Shown here in pieces: positions 30,525 to 45,430 of a DNA stretch of 64,000 bases (within the stretch, counting starts at the first letter, position 1; the number at the start of each line of letters is the position of its first letter). This DNA comes from Eledone cirrhosa. Taxonomy: Eukaryota. The notes beneath the pieces are model-generated. The model was given only the letters and a program-made list of their open reading frames with translations, did not search any database and was not told where the DNA came from. Position numbers and translations under genes: made by a program. The stretch is from the NCBI GenBank assembly GCA_964016885.1, contig OZ024746.1:81406001-81470000 (forward strand), written 5' to 3'.

Positions 30525-31564
30525 GTATGTATATATATATGTGTACGTATGTATGTATGTATGTATGTATGTATGTATGTATGTGTGTGTGTGTGTGTGT
30601 GTGTGTACGTATGTATGCATCTATGTATGTATGTGTGTATTTATGTATGTATCTATGTGTGTATATTCAACCGATATTCAGCTCTGCTCTTCTTCTTGCG
30701 TATGAGTTGGTCTCGAGTTGTCGTTCACCTGATTAAGATCAGAGATCAATGATCAGTTTCCAAGGTCCACTCCGAGGAGATCGACGAACTTGGGTCTCTC
30801 TGCTACTTCTAATTCGTTACGATAAGAGAAGCGGTTGCGGTTACAAAAATAACAAACAAACAAATCAAGAGAAAGTCGCTCTGTAAGTTGTCTTCAACCA
30901 ATAAGTCAAGACGTGGACAGTGGCATGGATTATATGGCAAGAAATTTCACTATGGTTTTTAAACTCTGTAATGATAGGCATAACTAAGTGAATAGCAACC
31001 TTGTTAATTGTCGTAAAACGCCTATCAGCTAAATCATTGGACAAACAGACGTCGTTAAGCTTCGGCTAAACACCAGGTCATGTGATCGACATTGAACATT
31101 TTCTAAGACACAATGGCATTTACACAGACACGCTCTAACACACACACACACATATACACGCATATAGGCACACAAATACACACACACTCTAACACTCACA
31201 TATATAGACAGACATACACATAATATACATATATATGTATATACGCACACACTCTACCATATATATATATATATATATATATACACGCATATACACGCTC
31301 TAACAGACACACACAAATCAACAGTATTGATACGAAAATTAAATATAAAAGAAGTTTGCTGTTTCTGTTGTTGCTTCGTACTTGTTGCCGAAATTTATTG
31401 TTAGCAGAAAATATAAGTTTCCAAACAAACCAGATTCGCATTCTAGTTTTAATTCGTGGTTGCAATGGTTCACTTCAGGTTTTATCCATAATACTCTAAG
31501 GGAAAGCTATGAATATCACAAACTTTCATTTTTCTTGAGTTCTTACATACATAGATACATACAG

Positions 31565-32260
31565 AAATATATACATACATGATGATTGCTTCATCTTGTC
31601 AGATGATGGCCGTCTCAACATCATCTTAATCCCTCTAGCAAGTTTACATCCTCCTATGTGCACGGAGGTGACCTCTCAATCCAGCAACTGATTTACAAGG
31701 TCTTTGGCGGAAGTACCAGATTTATTGGATCAGGATGTAAAATTCCATGTTGATGAAACTTCCAATGACATTATAACCCGGAGGTTGTCTTACATATCTT
31801 GCCACAATTTTGACAAGTAGTCACATCTGGAGGTTTTGAGAGATTTGTAACATTATCTGCCTGTATCATTATCTGTTCCTGCGTTTTTTAATGGTTTACA
31901 AAACCGGCTTTAGAAAAATGACAAGGTAACAAAACTTGTAATTCCAATAATCAACATTTTCAAACCCCACCAACTTACCCATCCTTAGTGTCCGTTTTAG
32001 CTCTACTTTTGCTTTTTTCGTTTCATCCAGTAGTTGACGCCCTGATTTAATTGTCTTTCCCCAAGTATTACGATCAAATCTTGTTTTTCTCATTGATTTA
32101 TATCTAAACCCAGATGTTTTGCATTTTCCTTAATACAATCTTTGTACCTTTTCTTAGGCTTATACTATTGTCTTTTTCATTGCACAAGCTCACCAGAAAA
32201 TATTTCCTTTGGAAGCCGCATATCATTCATGCGGGGAAAACTGCCCTACTCAGCGAATCT
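31565..32260 (-). mobile_element. RTE-like LINE 3' end with C-terminal C2H2 zinc fingers
   Basis: KKRYKDCIKENAKHLG, DRNTWGKTIKSG, CQNCGKICKTTSGL, CKSVAGLRGHLRAH; (TATG) tail. Confidence 0.7.
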
Positions 32261-32344
32261 GGCTCTTAATAACAAGGAACTGATTGTAGAACTGAAAGTG
32301 AAATTAGAGGATCTACTACGAGCTAGGCGATTTCGACTTGTTAA

Positions 32345-32434
<90 letters not shown>

Positions 32435-32466
32435 ATATATATATATATATGAGTTTATATAGAAAA

Positions 32467-32518
32467 GGCTTCTACAGGACTAACACTGTTTCATTCATAT
32501 GAAATCATCAGGAATGCC
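32467..32518 (-). ncRNA. Family B hammerhead
   Basis: GGCaTTC-CTGATGA-TTTC atat GAAT-GAAA-CAG tgttagtc CTG-TA-GAAGCC. Confidence 0.7.
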
Positions 32519-34798
32519 GTTTGAAATTGTAAATCATTATTTAAAGTTTCAAGAGTGGTAGGGGTGAGGGTGTAATGGCAGCACAGTGGTCTGAATAACT
32601 AAAGATGTGGGTTCGACTCCCATGTACGTCAATACTCATCTTTTTCTATTTCATAAAGGGTTCTAAACCCTACAATCTGGCTAAAAAGTTTCTTTAGTAA
32701 AAAATACGGCGAAATTTTCTAATTTCAAACTTGCTCCCTGTTTCAAAACATAATTATGCGTTAAATTGTTTGAGTGATTGCATAGAGGCTCTCCTGGTTG
32801 GCTCGAAGACGAAATGTTAACATTCTCCATAATATATTTTCATGTAATAGTTAGAATATTGTCCTAAGTTGTTACTGTTGGCAAGGGATCAAAATAGAAA
32901 ACACCAGGTTGAGAAAAGTGGATTATTTTTGTTTTGTAGTGTTTTTCTGTTCTTTGCTGAATAAAAGAACCTTTTGATTCCTTAACAATCCCTTTGAAGT
33001 TATATTAAAATTGGGCGTTGTAGTAGATCACCAATCGATGTCAATGAACCTCTAAACTTCGAAAGAAAATATTTCCCATGCGATTTCAATAGAAGTAATG
33101 GTGGCCTGTGTTACGAATGATTAAATAGATGGATAGATAAATAAATTAATAAATAAAACATAAATAAATAACAGTTGACAAAATTCATAAAAGAAGATAA
33201 ATCCGATGCTTTGGCTAGCGTGTTTCTTCGTAAAAAAAAAAGAAAAGAAAAGGAATGATTTATAATTATGATGATGATATCTAATTATGGCACAACACTA
33301 GCAATTTCGGAAAAGGGAAAGTCGGTTATATCGACCTCAGTATTTGACCGGTATGTATTTTATCGACCTCAGAAGTATGAATGCCAAAATTGACCGCGTA
33401 AATGGCCTGAACTACCAATTCCTGAACTTTTCATAGATATGTACTAAAAATATGCTTCAGAGTTTATGATGTCGACACTGAAAGCAGTGCATCATAAACA
33501 AACCATTCTGGAAGAGACCACCCTTTCAGGATTATTGACGTAGAAGGTCCCTATTCGAGTTATTAGAATTCACCTCTCATCGTACAGGACAGATTCGTTC
33601 ACACAAACCCAACATTATGCGTTCTGTGAATTAAAAGCCGCCTGCTTTTTACAGTTGTAATGAATTGGCTTTAATTAATTGTCAATTGTTTATGGCCTTT
33701 TATGAAAATAAAAGACCATCTTCATCATTCTCATTATGGAATAGCAGCATCGGTAGAGCACCAGATAACATGCTTTATGGCCTGTTGTTACGGTTCTTTA
33801 CATTCTAAGTTCAAATCTCGCCGGGGTTAGCTTTGCTTTTTATCCTTACGCGGTCGATAAAATAAAGTACCAGTAAGCACTGGTGTCGAATTAATCGACT
33901 TTTCCCTCCCCTTCAAATTGCTGGCCTTATGCCTAAAATAAAAACAATTATTATTATCATTATTATAACCAATTGATGGATTTCAATTTGATTACTTGGT
34001 TGTTATATCTGAGAGAACATTTGTAGCCCTGCCAGACTCTACCAGTTTATTTTTTGTTCTTTTTTTTAATTGATCAAATCTTGCCATAACTGCTACCGCG
34101 ATATGGTAGACACATAAAAAATGGTAGATTTTGGAAAGAGCACAACCGTTGTTTTCGCATCGTAGCCAAGGAAACCTTAGTTTACAAATAAAAATAAAAT
34201 TTGAAAAAAAAAACACAAAAAAAAAACAGCACAAAACAAAATAAATTTTATGTATAAAGCATAAAAAAATATAGAACTAAAGGAATGAATAATACGTAAA
34301 AATATATGAACAAAATATATACAAAACAAAAGGATTAGTTTTACTTGTTTGTGTGCGTCTTTTTTTTCATTATTGTTAAATTGGGCAAACATTATTTCTG
34401 ATTGTTTTTACTGGTATATATTATAATTGTAGATGGTATAAAACTTCACGAATGATCTTAGTTCATGTAATATAACTAACTTGTTGAAATCGTGTATTTT
34501 TTTTTTTTTTTTTTTTAGCTTGTCTGTGAATGAACTATTAACAATATTAAGTTTGATAGAATTACCGTATGTCGTTTCGAACCAAGTCCGACAGGAATAA
34601 GTTTTCTTTTGTCTAATTTTTAGTCACGTACCATCCACACAGGAAAAGCTTCTGTGTGGAAAATTCAACATGCTAGAAATAACAGCCAGAATTATACTCG
34701 ATTTAGCCGTTTTAAAAAGGAAGTTTTTTTTTTAAATACTCTGTCTGAATAAAAGACGGATGGTCTCGACAGGAACGACTTTCATTATAGGTCTACTG

Positions 34799-35020
34799 AG
34801 GGCGGTGGATTGGCAGTATCGGGAGAGAGTCGGGCGCCATGCTTTGCAGCATAGAGTTATGGCCCTTTACGGTCTGAGTTCAAATCCCGCCGAGGTTAAC
34901 TTTGCCTCTCACCCTTACGGGGTCGATAAAATAAAGCACCAGTAACGTACTGGGGTCGATTTAATCGACTATTCCCTTCCCCCAAATTACTGGCCTTGTG
35001 CCTATACTAGAAATAATTAT
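34799..35020 (+). mobile_element. S1 SINE full length (long 3' variant)
   Basis: GGGCGGTGGATTGGCAG start; complete core. Confidence 0.85.
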
Positions 35021-35367
35021 AGGTCTTTGGGATCAGGGCTGTTCTGAGGCTAAACAACAAGAACTACCATCGAATTAATTCGGCTCTATATTAAGAAATA
35101 TTTCTAGATTTTTTTCCCTGTAATACTCTGGCCCTTAACATATTCCCATAAGTAAAACATATTCCCATAAGTAAAACGATCTATATGTTATATGTAGATT
35201 GCCGAGCTGAGTGTGTGTGTGTGTGTGTGGGGGGGGGGGTCACAGTTAAAAATGGTATTCAGTCAGTACATTGGTAGAGTATAGGCATCTTTATAATATA
35301 TGTTATGTAGAAATGAATTCTACAGTGATTTCACACGAATGAAACTCTCCTAGTCATGTAGAAATCA

Positions 35368-35412
<45 letters not shown>

Positions 35413-35519
35413 CGTTGCGAGAGATACACCATCATACATACATATATATATATATATGTGTGTGTGTATGTGTGTATGTGTGTATATGTGTATGTATGAT
35501 GGTGCATCTCTCGAAACGA

Positions 35520-35818
35520 TCGGTGTCTCCATTGAATTGAAGCGCCCTGAATGTGAAAAGATTTGCTTGAGCAAATCTGGTCTCAGGAGCCACAGTCGCA
35601 GCCATGTTCAAAGAGAACCAGTGAACTATGATCTCCACGGTGTTGTGAGGGTTCACGGGAAACCTGAGGCAGGACCTCAAGCCATGGAGATCCATAGTTG
35701 TCGTCAGTGTGTGAAGGAGTGCAAGTCTCTAGCAGGCTTGAAAAGCCATATCCGAGCGTCACACATCTGAATCTGACAAGCGATTGCAATACTCTTGGCA
35801 GAGTTTGCAGCCATCATG

Positions 35819-35820
<2 letters not shown>
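35520..35820 (+). mobile_element. RTE-like LINE 3' end with two C2H2 fingers
   Basis: PECEKICLSKSGLRSHSRSH and CRQCVKECKSLAGLKSHIRASH then stop and GCAGCCATCAT end. Confidence 0.7.
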
Positions 35821-35870
<50 letters not shown>

Positions 35871-35871
35871 A

Positions 35872-36659
35872 CTAGCCGAATTACTCGCGCCTTACTGCGT
35901 TTCACACTTTTTTTTTTTTTGTAAGAAAATAATGATTGATTTTAAATCAGTGATAGAATTTATGGAGAAAAACTCTGCATTTCAATATTACTCAATGTAA
36001 AATATAATGCATGAAAAATTAAAAAACTATATTTTTTGTAATATATCAAATCAAAATTACATTATTAAATCTTATTCTTATTTTGTTTCTTGTAAATAAT
36101 TTTTTGCAAAATATCAATTCAAAACTTTTGTGAATAGGCATCATATCTTGTCATTTACCTATGGTTTAAATTTCATATAAATCGAAGAGAAACAAATTTT
36201 CAGCGGGGGTTTGTGCCCCCCGGGGAACCCTTTGATTGAAATGAAATATACTTATCCAAGTACCCTGGGCAATGTAGTTTCAGAATATATATGGTTATGG
36301 GGGTCTATCTCCCAAACCATAGGAGGAGTTCGTGAAATCTTATTCCATTTATTGGCCAACATTTTCATTATAGGGGGTTTAATATTATTGAAATTTGCTG
36401 AAATTTTGTGAATATGCATCATATCTTGTCATTTACCTATGAGTTAAATTTCATATAAATCGAAGGGAAAACATTTTCAGCGGAGGGTTGTCAGCGGGGG
36501 TTTGATTAAAATAAAATATACTTATCCAAGTACCCTGGGCAATGTAGTTTCAGAATATATATGGTTATGGGGGTCTATCTCCAAAACCATAGGAGGAGTT
36601 CGTGAACAAACAAACAAACAAACAAACAGACAGGAACTACAACTTTATATATATATAGA
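35872..36659 (-). mobile_element. Non-autonomous Helitron-like element with internal duplication
   Basis: minus strand begins TC(TATATATATATAAAG), ends CTAG, inserted between A and T, subterminal (CAAA)n; ~205-bp duplication 36126-36336 / 36404-36606. Confidence 0.65.
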
Positions 36660-37075
36660 TTTACATTCCTTTAGATCTCTACAATCTGTAAACGAATTGG
36701 CAGGGTGGTTAGAGCGTACGAAAAATGCCTGGTGGTATATATTTCGGATCTCTACGCTTTGATTTCAAGTGCTGTTCACCATCAAATATCAGTCTTGAAC
36801 AATGAACTGACAGAATTGTTAGAACGTCGGTATTTATTTCAGCGCTTAGTGTTCTGATTTTAAATTCAGTTGTGGGCTACTTGGTCATCCAGTTTAACAC
36901 CACCATCAGGGTATCAGGGGCCCTTGGCGAAATCTCCGATGCACACTTTCGAGCCAGGTTTTCGATTTGAGACTGCCGTCCTCTCTCCCTTAAAAAAGAA
37001 TAGCCTCGCGATCCCTGAAAAGGGTCACACTCTTTCCTGCATCATGGTTCTATTCAATCTGTACTAAACAACAAC

Positions 37076-37141
37076 AGCAGCTAGTATTTTTACAACAGCA
37101 GCTAGTATTTTTACTACTACGACTGTTACTACTACAACTGT

Positions 37142-37197
<56 letters not shown>

Positions 37198-37310
37198 ATA
37201 CTACTACTACTAATACTACTACTACTAATACTACTACTACTAATACTACTACTACTAGTGCTGCTGCTGCTACTACAGCTACTACAACTACTACTGCTAC
37301 TATTACAACT
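37076..37310. repeat. (CTA)n-based microsatellite
   Basis: direct reading. Confidence 0.9.
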
Positions 37311-37654
37311 GAGGCTTCTCTTTAGCGCGGCAACAACTTTCATCATACAGGTCCTAGCTAAAACTGAACCGGATAGTGAATCGAAGTACAGTATTATCCT
37401 TCTGTAAACTATTGCAAATTTAACATCACAAGTAAACATCCGTTTTGTTAAGGGAACTATCACGTTTGGGAAACACAACACATTATTTTAATTCACAGCT
37501 GTTTACACTTCAGAAAATGTTTAACATCCAGTAAGAATAAAGTTTATTCATCGACCTTGAAGCGTCAGCCAACAAAAAAAAACTTGTCTGGTGTTTTGCT
37601 ACTATCTACGTCCGGCTCTTTGTCACTGTCTCTGTCTATTTCTCTCTCTCTCTC

Positions 37655-37722
<68 letters not shown>

Positions 37723-38037
37723 CTCTTTTCTCTGTTTGACAGATGGGTTTAAGTTTTATAGAGCTAAATCGTTGTCTTCCCAACGTAATAGTGTTGTAGT
37801 TCAAAGGTATTTTACTTTAACAAACATTCGTACATTTATGGCCCAATTTATGCGTTACTGGTACTTTATTTTATCGACCCCGTACGGATGAAAGACAAAG
37901 CTAACCTCGGCAGGATTTGAACTGAAATCGTTAAGGGCCGTAACTCTATGCTGCTAGGCATGGTGTCCGATGCTCTACCTATACTGCCAATCCAATTTCT
38001 TTATTAGCCACAATTTATATGTAGCGGGGCGGGGGGA

Positions 38038-38690
38038 TTGTGTGCTACACAATTCTACCAGGCTGGAAGATTGCTCTACCAACCTGCTCAAGTTACAGAG
38101 TTTGTATATCTCGGTTACAAACTATCATCAAACAACAATGGAATGATTGCTGTGCAATATCGCATCACTCTAGGTTGGGCAGTTTTCAACAGAAACAAGA
38201 AAGTACTAACATCAAAACGAGTTTCCTATAATTTGAAGGCTAAGATCTTCGATACTTACATCCTACCAGTTGTGTTATATGGTCTTGACTGTGTTTATTG
38301 GATGACAAGGTCACTTCAGAAGCTTTCTACATTCCAGAACCACATCATGAGACTTATTACTGGCAAGCGTATCTGTATCAGTGAGCTGCTCAATACCACC
38401 AGGCTTAGTCCAATCACATCAGTTGTCAGGCCAAGAGTGCTTAAACTGTACGGTTATATCATAAGATCAACTCGTGGTGTGAGTAAGTTATGCCTAGAAG
38501 GAAAGTTGGCTGGTAAGAGAAGCAGAGGTCGGCAGCCAAAACGATGGTTTGGCAATGTTAACTTATGGACTAGACTTGACTCTTGCTCTTTAAACTCTGC
38601 TGTTGGTGATCGAACTTTATGGAAAAAAAATATCTCATGTTGATGCATAGTCTTCAACTGGTGGAGTTTAGCGTCTGGATATATACAAAT
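38038..38690 (+). mobile_element. RTE-like LINE 3' fragment, 201-aa open frame
   Basis: EFVYLG...RITLGWAVF...ILPVVLYG...LKLYGYIIR...GKRSRGRQPKRW...DRTLW. Confidence 0.85.
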
Positions 38691-39530
38691 ATCTAACCTA
38701 GAGCAAGCAAGGTACGTCGCATGTGGATTTTCCTCGGCAGTTTTTGTTATGTAGTAAAAAGCTACTACTTATCTACAAGTGTACAGTATCTGTTATGTCT
38801 AATTCTCATGTTTCTAAATCAGGTCATATATAGCACAGACTTCACTTTTGTAGGGTTCAGCTCTAGTAACCCCTATATATGTTAGATGTATCTCTTAATA
38901 TATCTAAACTGCAGTGAAGCATGGATTGTTTTATAAACGCTCGGTTTTCAGATAAGATATCTGAAAACCGAGAGGTTATTCAGGCTATTCTATAGTAGTA
39001 AAAGTTATTGAGAAAAAAATGACATTTATTTTTGTCGTAGACGTGTATAAATAATCACCAAACTTATGGATGACCAACGTGATCTAGCTGTCAAGATGAC
39101 GATGATTACATTTTGTCTATAATTTTGATGACAATTTTGGACATCTGCTGGGCACACATGTGGTGTCTTCCACAGAACTATGACACAATCGACATTTCGG
39201 TTACATCTTGTAGTTTTAAGAGCTTCACACTCTATTTTCTTCATTTTCTTCATCGGTATTTCGTAGCTATTTTCTGCTCTCAGTTAGCAAAAGTATAACC
39301 TTCGAAATGCGATGTAATGTAACGGGTACGTGTTCATGACAGGTTACACTTCATGTCGATGCGAGTATCAACCTCCAGTTTGCGGGAAACATAGCTCTCA
39401 ATAATGTTTTTTTGATGTGTAGACTTTCTTTTTCAAGTCTTCCTTGAGGTATACTTGTCCTGCAATTTCGGGGCGTCATTGGGGCCCATCGCGTAGCGAA
39501 TAATTCTTGAGGAGTTTTTCCCAAGTGTCC

Positions 39531-40105
39531 TGTATGTATGTATGTATGTATGTATGTATGTATGTATGTATGTATGTATGTATGTATGTATGTATGTATG
39601 TATGTATGTATGTATGCATGCATGTATGTATGTATGTATGTATGTATGTATGTATGTATGAATGTATGTATGTATGTATGTATGTATGTATGTATGCATG
39701 CATGTATGTATGTATGTATGTATGTATGTATGCATGTATGCATGCATGTATGTATGTATGTATGTATGTATGTATGTATGTATGTATGTATGAATGCATG
39801 TATGCATGCATGTATGTATGTATGTATGTATGTATGTATGTATGTATGTATGTATGAATGCATGTATGCATGCATGTATGTATGTATGTATGTATGTATG
39901 TATGTATGTATGAATGCATGCATGTATGTATGTATGTATGTATGTATGTATGTATGTATGTATGTATGTATGTATGTATGTATTATGTATGTATGTATGT
40001 ATGTATGTATGTATGTATGTATGTATGCATGTATGAATGTATGTATGCATGTATGCATATATGTATGTATGCATGTATGTATGTATGTACGAATGTATGT
40101 ATGTA
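39531..40105. repeat. (TATG)n array
   Basis: direct reading. Confidence 0.95.
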
Positions 40106-40107
40106 TT

Positions 40108-40850
40108 ATGTCGGGTCACTCTTGAGTGCTACTGGTATCATGTAACCCAGTACAACCTGTCGCATGGTCGGGTCGTTGGCGACTAAACTGGCAAACCCAC
40201 CAAGTTTACTTAGTGAGGAGGGCGATTTTGGACACCCTGCCGGACAAAAAAGCAAAACCTGACAAAGGGCGGAAGAACTCATAAGAGTCAACGGCCATCC
40301 AAAAATGTGTAAATATGTATATACATATGTACATGTGTATGTATATGTATATATATGTATATATGTATATATATGTATGCATGTGTGTATATATGCGCAG
40401 GGACATAGAAATAATCGGGCTGGATACCCGATTGCGCGGTTAAACCACTGGGAGTGAAGGCTCTCTAGCCTTTGCCAGGGCATTCTTCTAGGAGAAGGCA
40501 ACTCAGGAAACTGGGATAACTCCGACATAAAACCTGCGGCTCTGTAGTTACCGATGATGTTGATCTTTTCGTCTTTTCGGGTTATAGCTACTGTCGCCCA
40601 TAGAGTGGGATTGGCTCAGTACACAGTCTTTCCTCACTTTAAAAAAATCTTCAAGCACAAGCAATGCAGGGTAGCACTGAGGTTAACTTTGCCTTTCATC
40701 CTTACGGGGTCGATAAAATAAAGTACCAGTAATGCACTGTGTAATTGCTGGCCTTGTGCCAAAAGCAGAAACAAGTAATTAATAATTATTAATAATGTTA
40801 TATCGTGCCATGGCCATACTCGATAACGATGGGGCAGCCACCATCATGTA
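40108..40850 (+). mobile_element. Diverged family R element fused to S1 SINE 3' half (40679-40775)
   Basis: 5' end ATGTCGGGTCAC matches 24480 end; GCAGCCACCAT terminus at ~40834-40844. Confidence 0.6.
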
Positions 40851-41429
40851 TGTATGTGTGTCGTTATGCCTTACACCTGCGTAGATTTAGCCAGCCTCTT
40901 ATGAGGTCACATCTTATAGGAGGTTTCTTGCGTTTTAATAACAAGTGCCCGAGTCCAATCACGTTATCATTGTTCCGGTGACAGAGGGCAGGGCTTGAAC
41001 TCGGAATAGGAACAGATATCACTAGAGATTCCGTTCGTCGATCTAAAAATTCTGCTAATCCGCCGCCCTGGGATGGTGATTTATTTGTCGCCCTCGAAAC
41101 TATGAGAGACAAAAATTGACCTCGATATGATTTGAAATGAGAGAGCAAGAGAGCTGGAACAAATACCGCAAGGTATTTAATACGAGGATCTAATTTGTCA
41201 CCATCTAGATATATAAAGCTATATGATTATACCTACATATATAAAAGTAGATGCACTCATATATGTTTACGCACATACACGCACGCAGACACACGAATAC
41301 ATACGCGCACGCATGCACACGTACATATATGTATATTTGTATGTGTGTGTGTGTGTATCCATGCTAGTTCACATGTAAACGTGTATGCGCATGTGTAAGA
41401 ATGAATGTAAATATGTTAAGTACATATAT

Positions 41430-41485
<56 letters not shown>

Positions 41486-41588
41486 TTTGAAAGAGAGATA
41501 GGTATAAATATATACATATGTATGTATATATGAATGTGTGTACATAAGTATGTATGTATGTATGTACGTAAGTATGTATGTATGTATG

Positions 41589-41620
<32 letters not shown>

Positions 41621-42457
41621 GGTACGGTTTCAGCCACACACCACGTGATCTGCTGCCCCACTGACCAAATAGGAAGTTGACTGGTGTATTAATACTATTT
41701 CAGGTAACGGTCAGGTTAAAGGTTATATAATTCTCCGTTCGTACCACCTCCTCTGTTAATCGGCCAACTGGCAGAAAGGTGAATGGAGAGCGCGGATAGG
41801 AGTAGGATGGTTAGTAGAAGAAAAAAAGACAGAAAAAAAGGAAAGAGAAGAAAACACGTTAATAAAGTAAGAGAGGGAAAGGAAAGGAAAGGAATACAGC
41901 GAATAATACATGTGAAAAGAATAAGAAAGAGAGATAGAGAGAGGGGGGAGAGGAGGGCTAGAAAATGAGAGAGAGAGGGGAGAAAGAGAAGAGAGAGATA
42001 GGATAGGTGGTATTGGACAGTGTTGGAATCGGTGGCATAGAAGTCTCACTGGTTGACCACAAGCGAAGCTCATTGCTTATGTGGTGTCAATTATTGTGAT
42101 TAAACGTTTCAGTGATAAATGAATGAATAAATAAATAAAACAAAAAAGTGGTGGAGGTTGGAGTGGTTAAACGTTCAAATGAGATACTCCGCTCCCCCAA
42201 CACTCTCACCTTATACCTATCTGGACCTCTTCGCTATCTGCGCCATTGTTACAATAGCGACAGGACAGGAAGTTGCAAAGACCTCCAGCATGGTCGCAAC
42301 TAGAAATAGAGTATTTTCATATTGATTTACAGTAGTTCCATACAAAGGAAACACTACTAACGTATTAAGTACCTTTTCTAACTGTGTCACCTTCCGATAC
42401 CAATAGGGAATCCAGCATTTACACACAAATAACATACACTCTCTCACACACACACGA

Positions 42458-42523
<66 letters not shown>

Positions 42524-42533
42524 ACGCACGCAC

Positions 42534-42614
<81 letters not shown>

Positions 42615-42634
42615 ATTACAACAGTGACATAAGC

Positions 42635-42680
42635 AAGTACTCAAGTTTCGTTGGGTTCTGGGCCCTAACTCATTCAGCCT
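42635..42680 (-). ncRNA. Hammerhead-like motif with core CTGAATGA
   Basis: stem II GTTaGGG/CCCAAC, GAAA, quasi-palindromic ACTTGAGT, triplet GUA, 3-bp stem I; in TA-bounded island 42612-42742. Confidence 0.5.
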
Positions 42681-42739
42681 TTCATGAGAAAAATAAAAAC
42701 AAAGATGACCACCTAGGGTTGATTATGATTTCTTTTTAG

Positions 42740-42776
<37 letters not shown>

Positions 42777-42928
42777 AGGGCGGTGGAAGTATTCTGAATT
42801 GAGGGGGTGGGTGGTAAATGTGGACAATTTAGTTGTAGTGATTACTTTAGCTCTTTGCACTCTAAAATGGTTAGAAAACTTCGAAATTCGATAAACATAA
42901 ATACATACATATATACATACATACATAC

Positions 42929-43274
42929 ATGGTGGCTGCCAACTCGTTTTCGAGTACGGCCACTACTTTATATCCATGTAGGAGAACCCTCACCGATGCG
43001 CTGAACGAGTGTGACTTTTTAGTCCAGCCAGCGACTTGAAAACTCCGGTACAAACACTACACTTGTGACAATTATTGACACATAGTGCTGGGCCCATGGT
43101 ACCATGTAACGACAAGTGCAGAGAGATCTCCAGATATAAAGCAATGCCTGTGCCGTGAAGCTTTTATAATGAGCAAAGGCACTGCACAAAGCCAGTCCCA
43201 CTCTCTTAACCAAGATGATATTTACCAAAAAGAAGAACAAGTCAACATCATTGGATACCATCAGGGTTGCAGGT
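42929..43274 (-). mobile_element. Family R, 5'-truncated, flanked by (TACA)n on both sides
   Basis: near-identical to 23869-24214. Confidence 0.75.
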
Positions 43275-43644
43275 ACATACATACATACATACATATGAAG
43301 GCATGTGGCTGATTGGGTAGAGAACTGGATTCGCAATCGTGAGGTTGTCAGTTCGATTCCTGGACCAGGCGATACGTTATGTCCTTGAGCAAGACACTTT
43401 ATTTCACGTTGCTCCTTCTACCTGGAGTTGCGACCGATAGATAGTATAAGCAATTGGAAAGACCAACGAAAACATTGTTTACTCGGTCCGATTTGACGAA
43501 AGTCGATCGACAAATGTTATATATATATATATCATATATATATATTATATATATATCATATATATATATATATATATGATGCACGCAGCCAAAATTTCGG
43601 CTTTTGAAGCGCTGAGAATATATATATATGTATATATATATAAG

Positions 43645-43820
43645 TATAAAGAAAGTGGTCAATCGCAGAAATGCTATGAATATAGCTGCTTATAGAATAG
43701 GGTGAATATCCCTGGAATATATGGGATTGAATTCCTCATAACGGCCGATGGCAACTTCTTTTTCACCCTATTTTGTATGCTATCTTCATAGCATTTCTGC
43801 GTTTCAGCCCTTTCTTTATA
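43645..43820. mobile_element. Foldback element in TA/TC arrays
   Basis: imperfect IR 43645-43706 / 43762-43820; no clear ribozyme core. Confidence 0.55.
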
Positions 43821-43824
43821 GTTA

Positions 43825-44126
<302 letters not shown>

Positions 44127-44141
44127 TCTCTCTCTCTCTCT

Positions 44142-44190
<49 letters not shown>

Positions 44191-44194
<4 letters not shown>

Positions 44195-44371
44195 TAATAA
44201 GAAATTGAAGACTAAAATCCAAAGAGGGCTCGATAAGGATAAATATATATCAAATATATAAGAACCGTAGAATCGCTGCTTTCACCCTTAACGGGATCTT
44301 CTGAAAGATCCCGTTAAGGGTGAAAGCAGCGATTCTTTGCTTAAACTTTAATCTGTTATTTTAATAAATAT
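44191..44371. mobile_element. Family D foldback element
   Basis: perfect hairpin ~44269-44336 centred at the ribozyme core; same tail as 5443. Confidence 0.75.
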
Positions 44372-44465
44372 ATATATATATATATTGTTATACTTTGGGA
44401 GGGTCATGTTGCAAATAATATATTTATAGATATACACATATATATAGATATATATATATATATAG

Positions 44466-44506
<41 letters not shown>

Positions 44507-44685
44507 TATAGATATATAGATATACATATATATATGCATATATGTATATTTGTATATGCTATCGTACCACTGGCAATAAGATAATACCTCGGATTCCGGA
44601 TTGCATTTTACTAAATATACTGCAGTCGTGTAAAGTGCATATATCTCTATGTGCATGTGTGTAATCGTGTGTGTGCGTGTGTGTG

Positions 44686-44741
<56 letters not shown>

Positions 44742-45189
44742 AGAGGGTGGTGGTGATGATTAATAAAACTTATCAGATCGTGTCATGTTTAGCTATCGTC
44801 CATAATATAGCTTGTCATACTACACTCCCGATATAATGCATTGAACCTTGATACTATAGACAACTTATATGAAGCGTTTGTCTATCTGATGATGCACAGG
44901 TCAGCACTGAACCAATAGTCATGACCATAACATCATTTTCTCAGGAATAGTGTCTCTAGTTTCGCATTATGTAATTCGTCGTTCCGATTCGATGTTCCTT
45001 TATATATTATTATACATTAGTATAATCTGAATCCGAGTGAAACTTGTCTGCTATTTTAAGTCGGTCGAACGAAAGAGTTGACGCTCTGTTGTTTGCTCAT
45101 AAAACCTTTCCTTGTTAGTAAAGAAGGTTCACTGTACAGGATATGATAAAAGGTGACGTATGGGCTGATATATATAGATAAGTTAAAAC

Positions 45190-45430
45190 AACAGCCAGGT
45201 AGGATGGTCGACTTATTGAAAGTTTTAAATTAAATAAAAATTATCAAAGCTCACGACAATAAAGCCAGATTTAGTATTAATCGTCTCCACCATGTATAAC
45301 ATGGTGTCTATTTTATCAATCGTGCATTTCTGCGCCGTATTGATGACAAGCGCCAAACACTTTGTGAGTACCTTGGCCAAAATCTTGAAATCTTCCTCAG
45401 GCAGGATTAATGAACCAAAAATTATCCACG
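45190..45430 (-). mobile_element. L1/Tx1-like RT fossil
   Basis: DFKILAKVLTKCL followed by KTFNK (KAFD-like). Confidence 0.5.

Noticed and set aside
32570-32630. tRNA-like GGTTCGACTCC box
   Set aside because: No cloverleaf; likely a decayed SINE head, not a tRNA gene.
35315-35368. Family B-like hammerhead remnant
   Set aside because: Core and stem III disrupted.
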